From contig MQRK01224867.1 of assembly GCA_001938485.1 (NCBI GenBank), forward strand, positions 1 to 64,000: a stretch of DNA of 64,000 nt. The letters run 5' to 3'. A program made the translations under genes and the position numbers. Position 1 is the stretch's first letter. The number at the start of each line of letters is the position of its first letter. Under the pieces are notes generated by a model that searched no databases, was not told the origin of the DNA, and was given only the letters and a program-made list of their open reading frames with translations. This DNA is from Girardia tigrina. Its lineage: Eukaryota. Positions 1 through 14,158 of this stretch are shown one piece after another.

Positions 1-509
1 TAGAGTTTTCAAGTCTATACCACCATAATACAAATGGTATAATTGAAAGGCAATTTAGGACTATTCGGGATTATATCAACACGACAAGTGAGACAGATAA
101 AAGTAGGAATTGGGTTGATGTACTTCCAGAAATTGAATTTTGTTTAAATGCTACTGTGCAAAAATCATTACAAATGAGTCCAGCAGAAATAATTTTCGGT
201 TTTAAAATCAATAGAGAATGGGGTGATACAACTAGAGCTGGTAATAGAGAAGAACGGAAACAAACAGCTATCAAAAATCAAAATTTAATTACTTATCAAA
301 ATGACAATCGTGGAAATAGGTATTTCGAAAAAGATGACAAAGTTTTAGTAAAAAAAGAAGGTCGTGGGAAAGATGAACACAGGTATGAAGGTCCTTATCG
401 AGTCATTAAAAAAATTCATGATCGCAGTTATGAGTTGGAAAACGACATCGGTAAAAAAACTATACGCAATATAGAATGGTTAAGATCTTTTAAGAAAGGG
501 GGATGTTAG
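1..509 (+). mobile_element. Ty3/gypsy integrase C-terminal part (element truncated by window start)
   Basis: Frame from nt 3 reads EFSSLYHHNTNGIIERQFRTIRDY...WVDVLPEIEFCLNATVQ...YEGPYRVIKK (integrase core end plus GPY/F motif). A purine tract AAGAAAGGGGGA lies immediately before TG at 504. Confidence 0.9.
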
Positions 510-703
510 GAAGAATATTAGTATTATTAAATTATTATTCAAAATAATAATCATTCAAATAAATATTAATTTATATAAAATTATTTAAATGTGGTTCCAA
601 TTATTTCATCATTTATTCTCGCATTTTTTTATGTATTTGTTTTAATTAGTAAATATATTTTTGGGAAACGAAGTTATTGTGCAATTCTTATTAAGAACTA
701 ACA
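504..703 (+). repeat. 3' LTR (200 bp) of the gypsy element
   Basis: Starts TGTTAG right after the PPT and ends CTAACA (inverted termini). Pogo coding sequence follows directly. Confidence 0.8.
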
Positions 704-1331
704 ATTGTAAAGAAAAGAAGTTGGACCTGCGACTTGTTCGTAAATGGCGAGCAGATTACGAATATATACTCCTAGAGGACATGCAATAGAAAGGAAGCAG
801 TAGAAAGGTGGGTGCAGGGAGGAAACCTGAATTTAGCGAATTGGAAGATGACATTTTTAATTGGATTTTGGCTCGAAGAGAGGCCAATTTCGTAGTCCAG
901 AGATCAGATGTCCAGGAGGTCGTCCTTAATATTGCAAATGAACATGCGATTTCCTCCGATAACTTCAAAGTCTCCAACAAATGGCTTGATGGTTTTCTTA
1001 GTAGATTTAACCTTATCATTAGGTGATCAACTTCTCTTTTTAAAATTGAAGATACTGAGATCATCCGCCGTGCAGCTGAGTACAAATAATTTATTGACGG
1101 AATTGATTTTACTAGCTACAATTGACGAATATTGTAGCTATGGATGAAACTGCTGTTTACTTAGGTCAGTCAGCTGAAACCACAATAAACTTAAAAGGTG
1201 CCACCTCGGTCTATGTTCTATCTACCGGTTATGAAAGCACTAGAATAACCTGTATTTTGGCTATAAGAATGGATGTTTCGAAAGTAGCCCCATGTATTAT
1301 TACTAAAGGAAATAAGGAGACAATAGAGAAG
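704..1331 (+). pseudogene. Degenerate pogo/Tigger-type transposase fragment (CENP-B HTH plus start of DDE)
   Basis: GRKPEFSELEDDIFNWI...FKVSNKWLDGFLSRFNL...NIVAMDETAVY, with stops and a frameshift. Confidence 0.8.
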
Positions 1332-1500
1332 GCAAAAACAACCGGCGTTTTTGCGCTAATGAAACGGTTGAGGGCCGGCCAGTGTGCTTGTTTTTGCCAT
1401 ACTTTGCACGATTTTTGAGAAAATTACCAACAATGTCTCAATACCGTTGAATTCTATTGTGGCCGTGTTGTTGGCGGCGTTGAGTTGTAGCATGCAAAAG
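1332..1500 (-). pseudogene. Possible Tc3/Tc1-like transposase N-terminal fragment
   Basis: Minus frame reads IVGNFLKNRAKYGKNKHTGRPSTVSLAQKRRL (GRP motif). Short. Confidence 0.4.
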
Positions 1501-1639
1501 AAGAAACCAGTTTGTTCCTCCGCATGAACCTATGTTGACGAAAAAAAAGAAGAAACGGGAAAAATAAACTTTTATTTTTTTATCGAATTGTTATTCATGA
1601 TTTTTAAGTTTAAATTACATTCATTTTTTGTCCGTTGAA

Positions 1640-3539
1640 TCAGTATAAACAATCGTCACACCTTAGTATCTAGGTTGAAGAGAGGAGGGTTGCTCACGTA
1701 AAAGCCAAACAAATTTTGTTGTCATGAGATCCCTCGGTACATGTACCTGGAAAGTTCCTTTGTCGATTGGTGCGGTATCAAGAGTGCCAAAATGTTGCCG
1801 GGCCAGTTGTAAATGTAGGTCGTCACTGGGACAATCGTTGAAGAAGAGTTCGTTGACTATGGATGTGTTAGATTCGATAATTAATTGGGCAGGTGATGTC
1901 CCGTGGCGACTGCTGGGAATGTTTCGCCAATCTAAGAGAATGAACGACAATTGTTTGTACCAATCTTTGTTGATGGACATGGTACGAAGCGAATTCTTTA
2001 ACGTTCGATGGAATCTTTCATCAAGGCCATTTGACTGAGGGTGATACGCCGACGTCCGAAGCCGCTGAGTACCCAATTGTTTCAGGAGGTTTGTAAAGAC
2101 ACCAGATTCGAATTTACGGCCTTGATCCGTGATGATGCGTTTGGGTACACCAAATCTGGCTATCCAGTTGTTGTCTCCGTGTTAATGTTTCTCAAGGCCT
2201 GCGCGTGTTGCGATTATCAATTGTAAGAAGATACGAATATCCATTGCATGGTGGGAGGGGACTGACAATATCCATGTGAATAATATCGAAATGACAACCA
2301 GTTGGAAAATTGATGATCGGAGATTTAGTGGGACGGGTCACTTTATTAGACTGACATTGGAAACATGCTTGGCACCATAATTTGATGTCGCGTCGCATGA
2401 AGGGCCACACCACTTTGGTGAGCAGTAATTCATACGTAGCCTTGACTCCCGCATGCGCCATTGAGTGAACGGCCTTGAATACGTCTGCACCGAGGGCCGG
2501 GCCTAGAACGGGGCGGAGACAACCTGTGATAGATGTGTCGAAATAAATGAGGCCACGTGCAGTTGGTTGTTGCGTGTGAACATTGTCATTTATCCATTGG
2601 TGGATTCTGCTCCAAGACTTCCTGAGTGAACAAGGGTTCGAAGTCCAGGGATGCCACCTCAATGCGTTAGAAACAGTCGGCGACGACATTGTTAGTTCCG
2701 GAGATGAATTTGATCTCAATGTCGAACTGGGACAGGTAGCTGATTTGTCGCTGTTAGTGAGGTGATGGGTTCTTCATCTGGAATATTTGAAGAAGTGGCT
2801 TGTATTCCGTATAGATTATGGATGGTCGCCCGATCAACAGATGTTCGAAATGCTTTACCGACAGAAATAAACCCAGAAGTTCTCTGTCGAATGTGAAATA
2901 CCGGATCTGTGCGGATGAGAGTTTGTGTGAGAAATACTCCAAAGGTTCGGGTTTATTGTCGCGCACTTGCGTCAGAACAGCTCCTACCGCGATGTTGGAT
3001 GCGTCTGTTGTTAATGTGATCGGTAATGACCCATCTGGATAGTGCAGGGAAGTGTTCTGTGCAATATCTTGTTTGATTTTTTGGAAAGTCGTTATCGCAT
3101 TATCTGACCAGAATAGGCGTTGTTTCTTCGGACCAGAAGACATGTCCGTGAGCGGAGTTAACGTCTCTGAGATGTGAGAGACGAACCTGCGGCAGTAGTT
3201 GACCATCCCTAGGAAACTGATCAAGGGGGTAACCGTTTCTGGTCGGGGAAACTCTGTGATAGCTTTGATGCAATCTGGCAGTGGATGGATGCCATCTTGT
3301 GATAGGATGTGTTCCAGGAATTCAACACTGGGTTGAAAAAATGAGCATTTTGAAAGTTGCAATTTCAAATGGTTCGAATTGAGCCTCGAAAGGGTCTCGG
3401 AGAGATGTTGTTGGTGAGTCGTGATGTCTGCGGGTGCCACGACAATATCGTAGATGTAGGCTGCAGTGTTTGACAAGCCATTGAGAACGATATCGATGTG
3501 CCGCTGAAATGTTTGTGAGGTGTTTCGGAGTCCAAATTT
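1640..3539 (-). mobile_element. Degenerate Ty3/gypsy pol fragment (RT, RNase H, integrase)
   Basis: FGLRNTSQTFQR, YIYDI (YxDD-derived), FLGMVNYCRRF, LTTDASNIAVGAVL, DRELLG, HHCC zinc finger, TSAYHPQSNGLDERFHRTLK. Confidence 0.9.
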
Positions 3540-3875
3540 GAAAGTTGATTTATAATAATTGAGTAAAAATGAATAATTTGAGTAAAATGAATTCTGATAT
3601 TGACGTTACAAATACTTCTTGGAACTTTTTTTGGGACTGACGGCGTTGGTACTCACACAGGAGATTTAAACTTATCCTGTTAAATGACATCGAAGGAATA
3701 TGAAAGTGATATTTTAAAATTAATCAACGGTAAATCAAATTATTAGTCCAAGAATTAGCGAGTCATTGTCTAACTATATGTATCAACATAATTTATTATT
3801 CGATGAACATTATAAACAATAATAGAAAGCTAGTTTAGCAAACTTCATGTAACCATTACAAAAATTATTTACTCT

Positions 3876-4293
3876 TGTGAGGAATGTTTTGAATTGTGTG
3901 TTGATATTGTGCATGTTGTATGTTGATTCGGATAGTGCTTCTCCTACACAGATGGATGATTGATATTTTCTTTGATTCTTACTAATTAAAAAATAATTTA
4001 ATTTAGTTTTAAAGTAAAAAGATTTAAAATAATTTTTGAATGTATTATTTATTTTTTAATGTAATTTAAAATTTTAATATATTGATTTAATATGTTCTTT
4101 TTTTAAAAAAAATGTTTAGATTTAATTTCAACCAATTACATTCTTTATAATTAATAATTTTTATTATCAGATTTTCATTTATTGAAAATAATTAGTTTGA
4201 ACTCAGAAATATATTGATCAAGAGAGATGTCAAATAGTGAATGCGCTTGTGATATTAATAAATGTTGTAAACCTCATATTGATGTTGTTAATA
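3876..4293 (+). repeat. Solo LTR with TG...TA termini, TSD ACTCT
   Basis: Starts TGTGAGGAAT and ends GTTAATA. ACTCT at 3871-3875 and 4294-4298. Similar to the copies at 6864, 20201 and 38731. Confidence 0.8.
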
Positions 4294-4444
4294 ACTCTAT
4301 CAAATGATTTAAAATATTGGAAGGAATATGAAGAATGATAAAAATTGCTTAATTTGCGAAGAGCATGTACGGAGAATTAATAATCCATAATTTAAATCTA
4401 ATTCTTCACTTGATAGTATTGTTTTAATTATAATTTTTAATTAG

Positions 4445-4511
4445 AGATGCCGCAATTGGAAGATCAACATTTCATTTATCGTTAATTAATTGCTTACGAG
4501 GATTTGATAAG
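4445..4511 (+). CDS. CDC14: CDC14 phosphatase exon (R)DAAIGRSTFHLSLINCLRGFDK
   Basis: AG/GT flanks. Matches the CDC14 segment RDASFGxCTYNLTILDCLQGIRK. Phase 0 junction to the next exon. Confidence 0.8.
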
Positions 4512-4630
4512 GTAATTATGACAATTTAAACATTGTCTTATTGCTTTTATGATTATTGTTTTCAATTTTCTAGACTTCATATTTAAATATTAATTTGAAG
4601 ATTTAAAAGATTTTACTGAAAAGTAAATTA

Positions 4631-5912
4631 TTCGGTTGGCCAAAAAGTCATTGCGTTTTTTACTAAAATATTTATTATCAAAAAATGACATGGATGCACA
4701 AATATTTTTACACGATATACTGTCCATTATTTTCAATCACTTTCTTCCACTTTTCGGTAGCTTCATTATTCCTGATTCATAAAAACATTTGCCTTTGTCA
4801 GCAAAAAAGCCGTCTAGGAACGATTTGATATCATCATCATTGACAAATGTTTTTCTGTTTAAGGAATTCTGCAGTGATTTAAATAAGTAAAAATCCAATG
4901 GGGCCAAGTCTGGAGAATACGGTGGGTGCGGCAAAACCTCCCAAACCAGTGATAAGAGTTTCTGGCGAGTGGTCAAACTTGTATGCGGTCTTGCGTTATC
5001 ATGCTGAATTACAACTCCTTTTCGAATTGCTAATTCAGGACGTTCCTGTTGAATTGAATGAGCCAATTTCTCCACCTGACCATAATATCTGTCTGAATTG
5101 ATGGTTTCATTCCTCGGAAGGAGTTCAAAAAACACAATTCCTTGAAAATCCCACCAGACGGAAAGCATAACCTTCTTTTGGTGAATTTCTGCTTTTGGGA
5201 TCGTTTTCGCAGGCTCACCACGTTTGGTCCATGATCGTCGGCGTTCCACATTGTTGTAAACAATCCATTTTTCGTCACCCATAATGAAGCGCTTCAAAAA
5301 TGGATCACTTTGTTCTCGCTTCAAAAGGGAATCGCAAATGTCTATACATTTCACCAAATGAATTTCTTTCAGTTCATGTGGTAACCACATATCGAGTTTA
5401 CTGACGAATCCAAGTTTCTTTAAATGACTTCCAACACTTGATTTTGATATTTCCAGAGTCTCTGCAACTTCTCTGTTCGTCATATGTGGATTAGATTTGA
5501 TCAGTGCTGTTATTTTGTCGCCATCAACTTCAACTGGTCGACCGGAGCGTGGTGCATCTTTCAGATGAAATTTTTCAGAACGAAATTTAGAAAACTAGTA
5601 TTGACACTGTCGAAATTTTAAGGAGTCACTACCATATACAAAACATATCTTCTTATGAGCTTGCACAGCGGTTTTCCCTTTGCGAAAATAATGCAACAAA
5701 ATATGTCGAATATGCTCATTTTGATTTTCCATTTCGAATTGACGGTAAAGTAATCAATTAAAACAAAATCAATTAATATTTTGTATAAACATAGTCTGAA
5801 AATTAAGGTTTCAGAATATATAATTGAATTTAAATTTTATCATATCGTTTTATATTTTCAAGCTTTTTATTAGGACGTACTCAAAAACGCAATGACATTT
5901 TGGCCAGCCTAA
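4631..5912 (-). mobile_element. Full-length mariner (DD34D, cecropia/Hsmar1-like); transposase ~5732-4706 inactivated
   Basis: ~30-bp TIRs TTCGGTTGGCCAAAAAGTCATTGCGTTTTT / AAAAACGCAATGACATTTTGGCCAGCCTAA with TA flanks. Motifs PRSGRP, WLPHEL, GDEKW, HDNARPH, YSPDLAPLDF. One in-frame stop near 5597 and a C-terminal frameshift. Confidence 0.95.
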
Positions 5913-6208
5913 TAATAATAATAATAATAAAAGTTATACTTTGTGTCTGCTAGAATTCTTCATGAAGTACTGAGCTTTGAACTCGTTCCAAATGCTTATA
6001 TAATAAATATTAACATCTATTCTGCACAATCTCAGTGAGTTCATGAAGTCTTATGAACGCACTTACCTGTCTTGATGAATCTGGCACGAGAACGTATTCA
6101 GTGTTGCAATGCCTCTGAACACATTGTATTGTTAACAGTGTTTCTTACAGCTCAGTACGATGGGAACATTACTCCCAAAATTTTCTAATTATAAGCCATA
6201 TTTAGTAA

Positions 6209-6672
6209 TGTTAAGGGAACTCACAGATTTGACAGAACATTTATTACATTCTCATTTCTTATCATCTTTATGATGATCAATAGTATTGCTTTCACTTAGA
6301 TCCATGAATCAATTTTCAATATCTCCCATCATAATCTGAACTATATTTGAGAAGACCACTTTATTTAAAAATATTTAATTTAAATTTTATTGGCTGAAAT
6401 AAAATATTTTTATAGTCATTTTTAAACATTAATTTGATTTTAATTATTTAAAAATTTACAAAAATAAAATCANNNNNNNNNNNNNNNNNNNNNNNNNNNN
6501 NNNNNTAAAAATTTGAATATTAAATCTAAATTTAAATAAATTAGTTTCAGATTATAAGAAATTAAATATTGATAATCCATCTGGTTAGGAGAGACACAAT
6601 CCCAAATCAACATACAACATTTAAACATGCAAAAACTACACAAAAACATCCACACACCAAATATTCCTCACA
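6209..6672 (-). repeat. Solo LTR, TG...CA, TSD AGTAA
   Basis: TGTTAAG...TTCCTCACA on +, flanked by AGTAA on both sides. Near-identical to 22278-22741. Confidence 0.9.
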
Positions 6673-6863
6673 AGTAATAAACATCCAAATGTTAAATTCG
6701 CTATCGAAAGCTGAAATATCACTCTTAATTGAAAGCGACTGTATATAATTTACAATCAAGTGCCCAAAAGTTTATATTAACTGGAAGCGACAGTAGTTTA
6801 TCCTCCACCGCCTTCCTACATTATTGTGAAAAGAAGCAACTGTACTGGATTGTTTATCGTCAG

Positions 6864-7390
6864 TATTAAGGACACCAACATGGGTTTTCGAACTTTTATT
6901 TCCAATACAATTAGAATTGTCTTTTGGACAACTCTCAGCAAAACTTTCGTAATTCGACATCGTTCTAAATTGATAACTTTTAGTTAATGTTTTTTAATAA
7001 ACAACTATTCGAACAAATTTTTCATTATTTTCAGATTTTATTTTTAAAGTTCAAATTTTGTAATTTTAGTAATAATTTTATTTACATATTAATTTTATTT
7101 AAAAAATGATTTTATGTAAAGAAAGAACATTTATTTAATTCAAAACTTAGTTATAACTATTTACTTTATTTAAATTTTAATATGCAAATTTGAAAAGATT
7201 TAATATTTTAAAGTTTTTAAATATCTTATGTACTTTAAAATGCAAATTATACTCGAATAATTATTTATCGTGAACATCTAAAATATCAATTTTCCACCTG
7301 GGTGGGAGAAACACATTTCCAAATACTAAACTCAACATACAAAATTCAACAAACCAATTTCAGCATACCAAATTTAAAATATTCCTCACA
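6864..7390 (-). repeat. Solo LTR with TG...TA termini, TSD GTCAG
   Basis: Reads TATTAAG...TTCCTCACA on +. GTCAG at 6859-6863 and 7391-7395. Similar to 38731-39186. Confidence 0.8.
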
Positions 7391-7547
7391 GTCAGTATTA
7401 ACTTCAATATTAGTGTTATTTATACAGATACAGTGATACACAATCTATGACTTCCAATAAGCGACCTGCCACATCTCTACTTAATTATTTTACTAAAATC
7501 CTGCCACTCTAGATTTTAGCTCTTCCACCAAACAAACTTAAGTTTCA

Positions 7548-9600
7548 GTGACTTCCCTGAATGATCCTGTCAATTTTGATGACGTTCCGGTTGAACCGTC
7601 ATCAAAGAAGCGAAAGCCTCAAAAATACCGTGACAAACATTCTTGGTTAACTACGGATAACTACGATGTATTTTATAAAGAATATTATAAAGAGCAGCCG
7701 CTCCCAAAAGGTTCTGACGGAACTTTTATCAACCAACCCTTTACTAATTTAAAGAAAACTACGGAATGTTCTTCTAAAAACAATAAACTACTGAAACATG
7801 CCGAATCAGAGGCGCATCGTAAAGCAAAATGCTTCCATGTAGCCAAAGAAGACTCTCGAGTTCATGAAACTGTTTTCAATCAATTGCACATAGCAAGGGA
7901 ATCAGTAATGCAAGAAAATCAAGATCTTCTAGTAGACTATTTAAAGGTAGCATATTGACTTGTTAAAGAGAAAATATCGCACACTATAAAGTATTACAGA
8001 CTACTGGATCTGTGTACTGAGCTAGATGGTAGTGGGCGCATGAAGCAATGGCAGGAGCTCCGTCCTCAAAATGCTATTTATATGTCCCACAACATTCCTT
8101 GTGAGTTTCTTGTTGCTTTTAAAGAACACATACAAGTCTTTAAAAAACCAACTGAAAGTATTCAATATTAGTGTGCCCTATATGTCTGTAATGGCCGATG
8201 AGGCGACTAATCTGCGAGCAAGAACTACTCTGTCAGTTTGTCTTCGTTATGCTAACATTAATGGTGAACCAAAAGAAATCTTTATAAGTTTGCAGGAGTT
8301 GAAAAATACAGAGGCAACTGCAATAAAAGAAGGGATTCTGCTCGCATTAAGAAATCTTGAAGTCCAATGTCAGGAGGTAAAGTGGTTGTCCTTTGATGAG
8401 CTAACAATATGTCGGGTAAGCAAAATGGAACACAATCACAAATGATCAAACACCACACTAAAGATGCAGTCTAAGTCCATTGTCGAAGTCATCTGTTGAA
8501 GCTTGTGTGTGTCTATGCAGCATATAAATACAGGGACATAAAGAACATGTTCTCTGCTCTTAATAGTCTTTGGCGGCTACTTTATAACTGTCCCAAAAAA
8601 ATCGTAAATTCAAGACTGTACAAGAGATCCTAGATGCCCCCAAGTAGATCTCACACGAGCAGGAGACACAAGATGGACATCACACTATCAATGTGTTTCA
8701 GCAAAAACCAAATGTCTGTATGCTATCATAGTTACTCTGCAAGAAATTCATGCCGACAGTGGTGATTTATCCTCAGAGGCTGGTGGCCTTCTACAGACAC
8801 TTCAAACTCGCAAAGAAATTATAATTCTACATGCCCTGAAAAGAATTCTTCAGTCTCTCTCAATCTTGGCAAAGCATCTTCAAACTGCCACAGCTACACT
8901 TGCCACTATGCAGGAAATTGTTGCTACTGCACGTTTAACTCTGACTGAAATAAGAGATAAAACTCTTTATGAAGATGATGTCACTTTCTTCCTTCAATCG
9001 CATTCATTAGCACTTGTTGAAGACAACAATGCAGAGGAAGACAGATTACGCACCAAAGTGATTAATCCATTTATTGATTGCTTACTTGACAGCATGGACT
9101 CCAGGTTTTCCGATAAGGCGATGACCATGTGCACAGCTACATCTATCTTTGATCCACGTAAAATTCTACAGATGTTTCAAATTCTCATGCTCAATTACGA
9201 ACAATTTACAAGAGTCACCCATTTCTTGAAAATATTGTTGTGGATGTGATTGAAGATTTTAATGTATTCCGAAATCACATAGCTATTCTCCGAATGAAAG
9301 AAAACGTGCCATCCTCTAGTGAAGTTCTTCGCTCTCTTGTCAACACCAGCGGGGTGCTGAGCGGCACCTTTCCGAATCTTTCAATATTAGCTTTCATTAT
9401 TCTCCTGTGTCCTTTGAGTACACCTTCTGCCGAGAGGTCCTTTAGTACAAAGAACCGAATCGAAACTCGACTTAGATAGCGACTCTCTCTCACAAATCTA
9501 GAAGCGTGTATGCTCATTTCCATCGAGGGAAAGGATACACTTTCTGATGAGGAAGCATGTGAAATTCTTCTTATTTTGCATAGGCAAAAGGAGAGGCGAA
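7548..9600 (+). pseudogene. Degenerate hAT transposase (ZNF862-like)
   Basis: KHAESEAH, SVMADEATN, VHCRSH, TRWTS, and a C-terminal dimerisation motif FPNLSILAFIILLCPLSTPSAERSFS. Many frameshifts. Confidence 0.85.
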
Positions 9601-10151
9601 TTCACATCCCTTTTAAGGGTTAATACTATATATGTGCATTTGTTAATAATTGTAATATCTCTCGATATTCTTTCACAATATTTTTGTTCTGTCAGTGTGT
9701 TTGCTTTTTGTCGGATTGTCTGTATATTAGTGTTTTCATCACATACATCCACCTTTTACAAATTCATGTAGTTGTATGGGTTTTAATCAAGTCTACATTG
9801 AAGTGGATGAAATAATTAAATTGGAAATGTGTATTTGTTTGTATATATTGGTGTGTGGAAACATGTGTATATTGTGTGATTTGTTTGTGTTATGTTTGTA
9901 ATTGTATAAAGAAAAAAGGCAAATAATATTTTCCATTGAAAGATAATATAAAAATCAAATGATGGATTATATTCTTCTGATATGATTGTATTAAATTTGG
10001 AATTGTGACTCTTCTACCCATGTTTTATTGTAATACTGATATTTGGTTGTTCGCATAGTATTTGTAATATTAAAAGTTGAACAAGCAATTAATACCCCGA
10101 TAAAATTTTAATTATTATGAAATAATAATTAATGTTAATATTTAAAATGTA

Positions 10152-12290
10152 CAGTGAACCCTCTCATTAAGTCCACCTCCCATTAAGGCAATCAATTTTT
10201 AACGTATTTTTAGGCGTAAAAAACACATAACCCTCCCATTAAAGCCGAAATTCCTATTAAGACCCTTTTTGTATTATGATTGGATTTATTAATTTCAAAA
10301 ATCTTTTAAAAAAATTCATTTTTAACAATTATTTTTACATTTGATTGTTAATCATGACATTACATTGACATCATGATTTATGGATAGTTAAATTCTATAT
10401 AAGAAACTAAATAAAAAAATTTGTAATTTTCCAAATTAAAAATTTGTTTATATTTTCAGTAATAATTTCAGTAATAATTCAAAACTTAATCCCTCTAACA
10501 TGAAGCAAAACAAAGTAATAAAGAAATATGTTATACTTTCTATCTCACAAAATAAACTTATCAAAACTTATAGAATTAAGCACCCAAAATTAACACACAT
10601 CGAATTTGCAAAACATTTTTCAGAAGAATTTCATTGTATGGTAGGACGAAAGGTTGTAGGTCAGATTATTAAAAATGACGGACTGGAAAAATTAATTGAA
10701 TCAGTTAACAGGAAAAGAAAACTACCTGTTATTAGTAAATAACTTGAACAAGCTATGCTTCAGTGGATTAGCATGGCAAATGAGAGGAGCCTTTATACTA
10801 CATATCTAATACTACAAGAAAAGGCTTCTCCATTTGCGGAGTTACTCAATTTAACTTGGTTTAAATCAAGTAAAGGATGGATTGCAAAGTTTAAAAAACG
10901 AAACAATCTTAAATCATATCTTGTGTCAGGTGAAATTGCTTCCATTGAGCAGAGTGATATTAAAAAAATCAAGAAATTCTTAGATATAAATTGAAAAAAT
11001 TTGCAATGTGTGATATTTATAATCTCGATGAAACGGGGTTATTTTTTAGATGCCCACGTAATAGAACTATTACTTCACAGCCATGTAAGGGAAAAAAATT
11101 CAAAAGAAAGAATTACAGTAATGTTTTGTGTTAATAGTGATGGAAGTGATAAAAGAAAACATGTTGTGATTGGAAAAAAATTAAATCCCAGATGTTTTAA
11201 AAATTTCAATGTTAACTCCTTTGTTCATTACAAAGCAAATAGTAAGACATGAGTCACCATTAATGAGTTTCAATCATGTGTTCTTGATTTAGATAAAGAA
11301 ATGAGAAACAAAAGAAGAAAAATTGCATTAACAGTGGATAATGCCCCATTCCACAAATGTGACAATCTTACAAATATTGAACTAATTTTTTACCACCTAA
11401 TATAACTGGTGTTTTACATCCATTGGATGCAGTCATAATACGGTCTTTTAAGGCCCATTATAGACGAAATTTATTAATATACCTACTCGATAAATATGAT
11501 GAAGAAATACATCAATCAGTAAATGACACCAAAAAACACGACCTGTTCAATTCAATAACAGTTAAGGATGTAATTTGTTTTATTAAAAGTTAATGGAATA
11601 CTGTGACTAAGGAAACAATTATCAATTGTTGGAAGCATACAGGAATAATAAGTGGATTGGAAAAAATTATATGAAATAAAAAAAATTAAATGAAAATGAT
11701 CTTAATAAATTAGATGACGCAATAAAAAGTTAAACATGTAGACAGATTATTTGGCATATGATTATCTTACTTTTAAGGAGGAAAATGAAATTCATGAATC
11801 AATTAATGAAGAAGAAATTGTAGATTTAGTTACAAATAAAAATATATTCAATGAAGATCAAATATTACAAATAGAAGCAATTGATAATATAAATTTAAAT
11901 GCAACAAAGGACTGTGAAGCAATTCAAGATGTACCAATAACATTTAAAGGAGCATTCAATGCCTTAGAAATTGTCAAAAATTTTATTTATCAAAAACAAA
12001 CATGTGATGAAAAAGACATCGAAATTTTGGATAATATTGCTGAAAGAATAAGAAAAGAAAAAGTTATCCGAAAACAAACTAATCTAGATTGTTGGATTGC
12101 TGCAAAAAAAGAATAAGAAATGTATGTCAAATTAAAAATAATAAATTTTTTGTAATATAATTTTTTGTAATGTTATTTGTTTGTAAAAAAAATTGTAAAA
12201 AAAACGCCCCTCCCTCCCATTAAGACCAAATTCATATTAAGGCCATAAATACACGAGTCCCAAATGTGGACTTAATGAGATGGTCCACTG
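10152..12290 (+). mobile_element. Full-length Tigger/pogo DNA transposon; transposase 10500-12116 decayed
   Basis: TIRs CAGTGAACCCTCTCATTAAGTCCAC / GTGGACTTAATGAGATGGTCCACTG with TA TSD. Subterminal CCTCCCATTAAG repeats. Motifs FKSSKGWIAKFKKR, DETG, KERITVMFCVN, DNAP, PLDA. Confidence 0.95.
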
Positions 12291-13593
12291 TAAGTAATAT
12301 TCTTTAAGACTTATAAAATACATTTAAAATATTTTAATTAAATGAATTTTAGAAAATTAAAGTTTAGTAAAATAGTTAGTAAATTAAGTTTTAAAAAACT
12401 TAAACATTTTTATAAAATTTTGAAAGATTTAAAGAATAAATTTTACCAGAAATTAATAAAAATTTGTTTTCATTAATCAAGAAAAACAAAACTTCAAATT
12501 TAGTTTGATGATAAATAGTGGAAGTTCTATTGAGAATTGTTCCGAAGACAATTCAAATTATGTTATTAATAAAGCTTCGAAAACCATTGTAACGCTTTTA
12601 TTTTTCTAATGAATAATGATTCAGAATTTTACAAATGTAAATATTATTCAATTTTTTTCTGTTCTTTTAAAAAAATATCTAAATTTTCGAAGCACAATTT
12701 CCAAATAAATTCACGGAGAAATGTCTAAATTAGTCGGACCGAGAATTTCTCTTAATCACAAATCAAGAGACGAGAAATTAAATTAAAAAAAACTACAAAA
12801 AACGGATTGTTTGAATGAGCTAAAGGTAGAAATATGACGAGGGCGCAAATTCAAAACAAAACCTGAGCAACAAAAAAATCAGTTTTCATTTGGATTTTAT
12901 TTGAACGATAAATATTGTAGTTTGTTCATTCGGTCTTTTGATTTCATTTTTTCTGGGAACCGTATCGGAGCCCACTACAACCTTTATGAATGTTAATAAT
13001 AGCTATTTTTGATAAATAATTAGAAGTTGTACAAGTAGTACAAGTGACAATCGTAAAAAATATACAAATTGACTTTCTAAAAAAATGACTATTTCAAAAT
13101 AAAAGGTTTTTTTATTCGCAAGTTCAATGTAATAATTAAGTTTCATAGTTTCTGCAGATACTACTCAAATAAAACATTGTCAGTAATTTTTCTTTTATGT
13201 AAAACAGAACATCTTTTATTTAATGAATCAACATTAAAATTAACGTTTAATTTTAGATGAATAAATAGAACGTAAAAGTTTTGTGTAAGAGGCGCATTGT
13301 GTAGAATTTATAAAAAAACGAGATACTCAACTGTAATATATATTGTTGGGTATAACAATTAAATCTTGTTTCTATCTTTATTTATATTAAACTACTGATC
13401 TGACTCCAAATCGACCAAAAGGTTTCCTCCAACAATAATATATGAAGAATGAACAAATCCTTTTAATAATAATTTATTCTGCTAACAACAATTGAAGTTC
13501 AAATATAAATTCAACTCTATCAGTACGCTAAAATTCAAAGATCACACTTCGATCAAACAGTTACAACAACTTCTTAGTTCGAGCGATGTTAAA

Positions 13594-13692
13594 ATAATTT
13601 ATTTAAAACTTAACTTCTCCTATACAGGATACTAATACTTTCTTAATATTATAATTTATTTAAAACTTAACTTCTCCTTTACAGGATACTAA
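13594..13692. repeat. Short tandem duplication (~42-bp core, two copies)
   Basis: ATAATTTATTTAAAACTTAACTTCTCCTWTACAGGATACTAA occurs twice, about 58 bp apart. Confidence 0.8.
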
Positions 13693-14095
13693 ATTTCACT
13701 TACTGTTTCTTTAGTAAAAAATGATATTACAGAAATTGACAAATCAAGTTTACCGCACATATAATTCAAATTTAATTTCAATTCTTCTTTTTGAGTGGTA
13801 AAATGTTTGTTTTTGTAACTGAAATAACTATTGTTTATATACTAGTTTTTTCTAACCTTGAAAATTGAATAACTAAAACAAATCTCAAAATATTTACAAA
13901 TATTCTATCAATTTTATTAAAATAGCTATTATAATAATCAAAAAATTATTAATTTTAACCAGCGAATTATTTTAAATTTTTTATTAGATTTGAAAATTTA
14001 ATTTACATTTTTCGGAACCCCAACAATATCATAGCCGTTTACTATTTTGATTCTTTTATTAACAACAAAATGTAATTAATGAAATTTTTTCTTAG

Positions 14096-14158
14096 GCAAT
14101 TAGTTGCAGAATATTAAAAATACGAATTCTGAATGTGAATGAATATGATCATTATGAT
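14096..14158 (+). CDS. CDC14: CDC14 exon AISCRILKIRILNVNEYDHYD
   Basis: TTAG/GTAAGT flanks, 63 nt, phase 0-0. Same length and ending as the CDC14 segment [21 protein letters not shown]. Confidence 0.75.
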
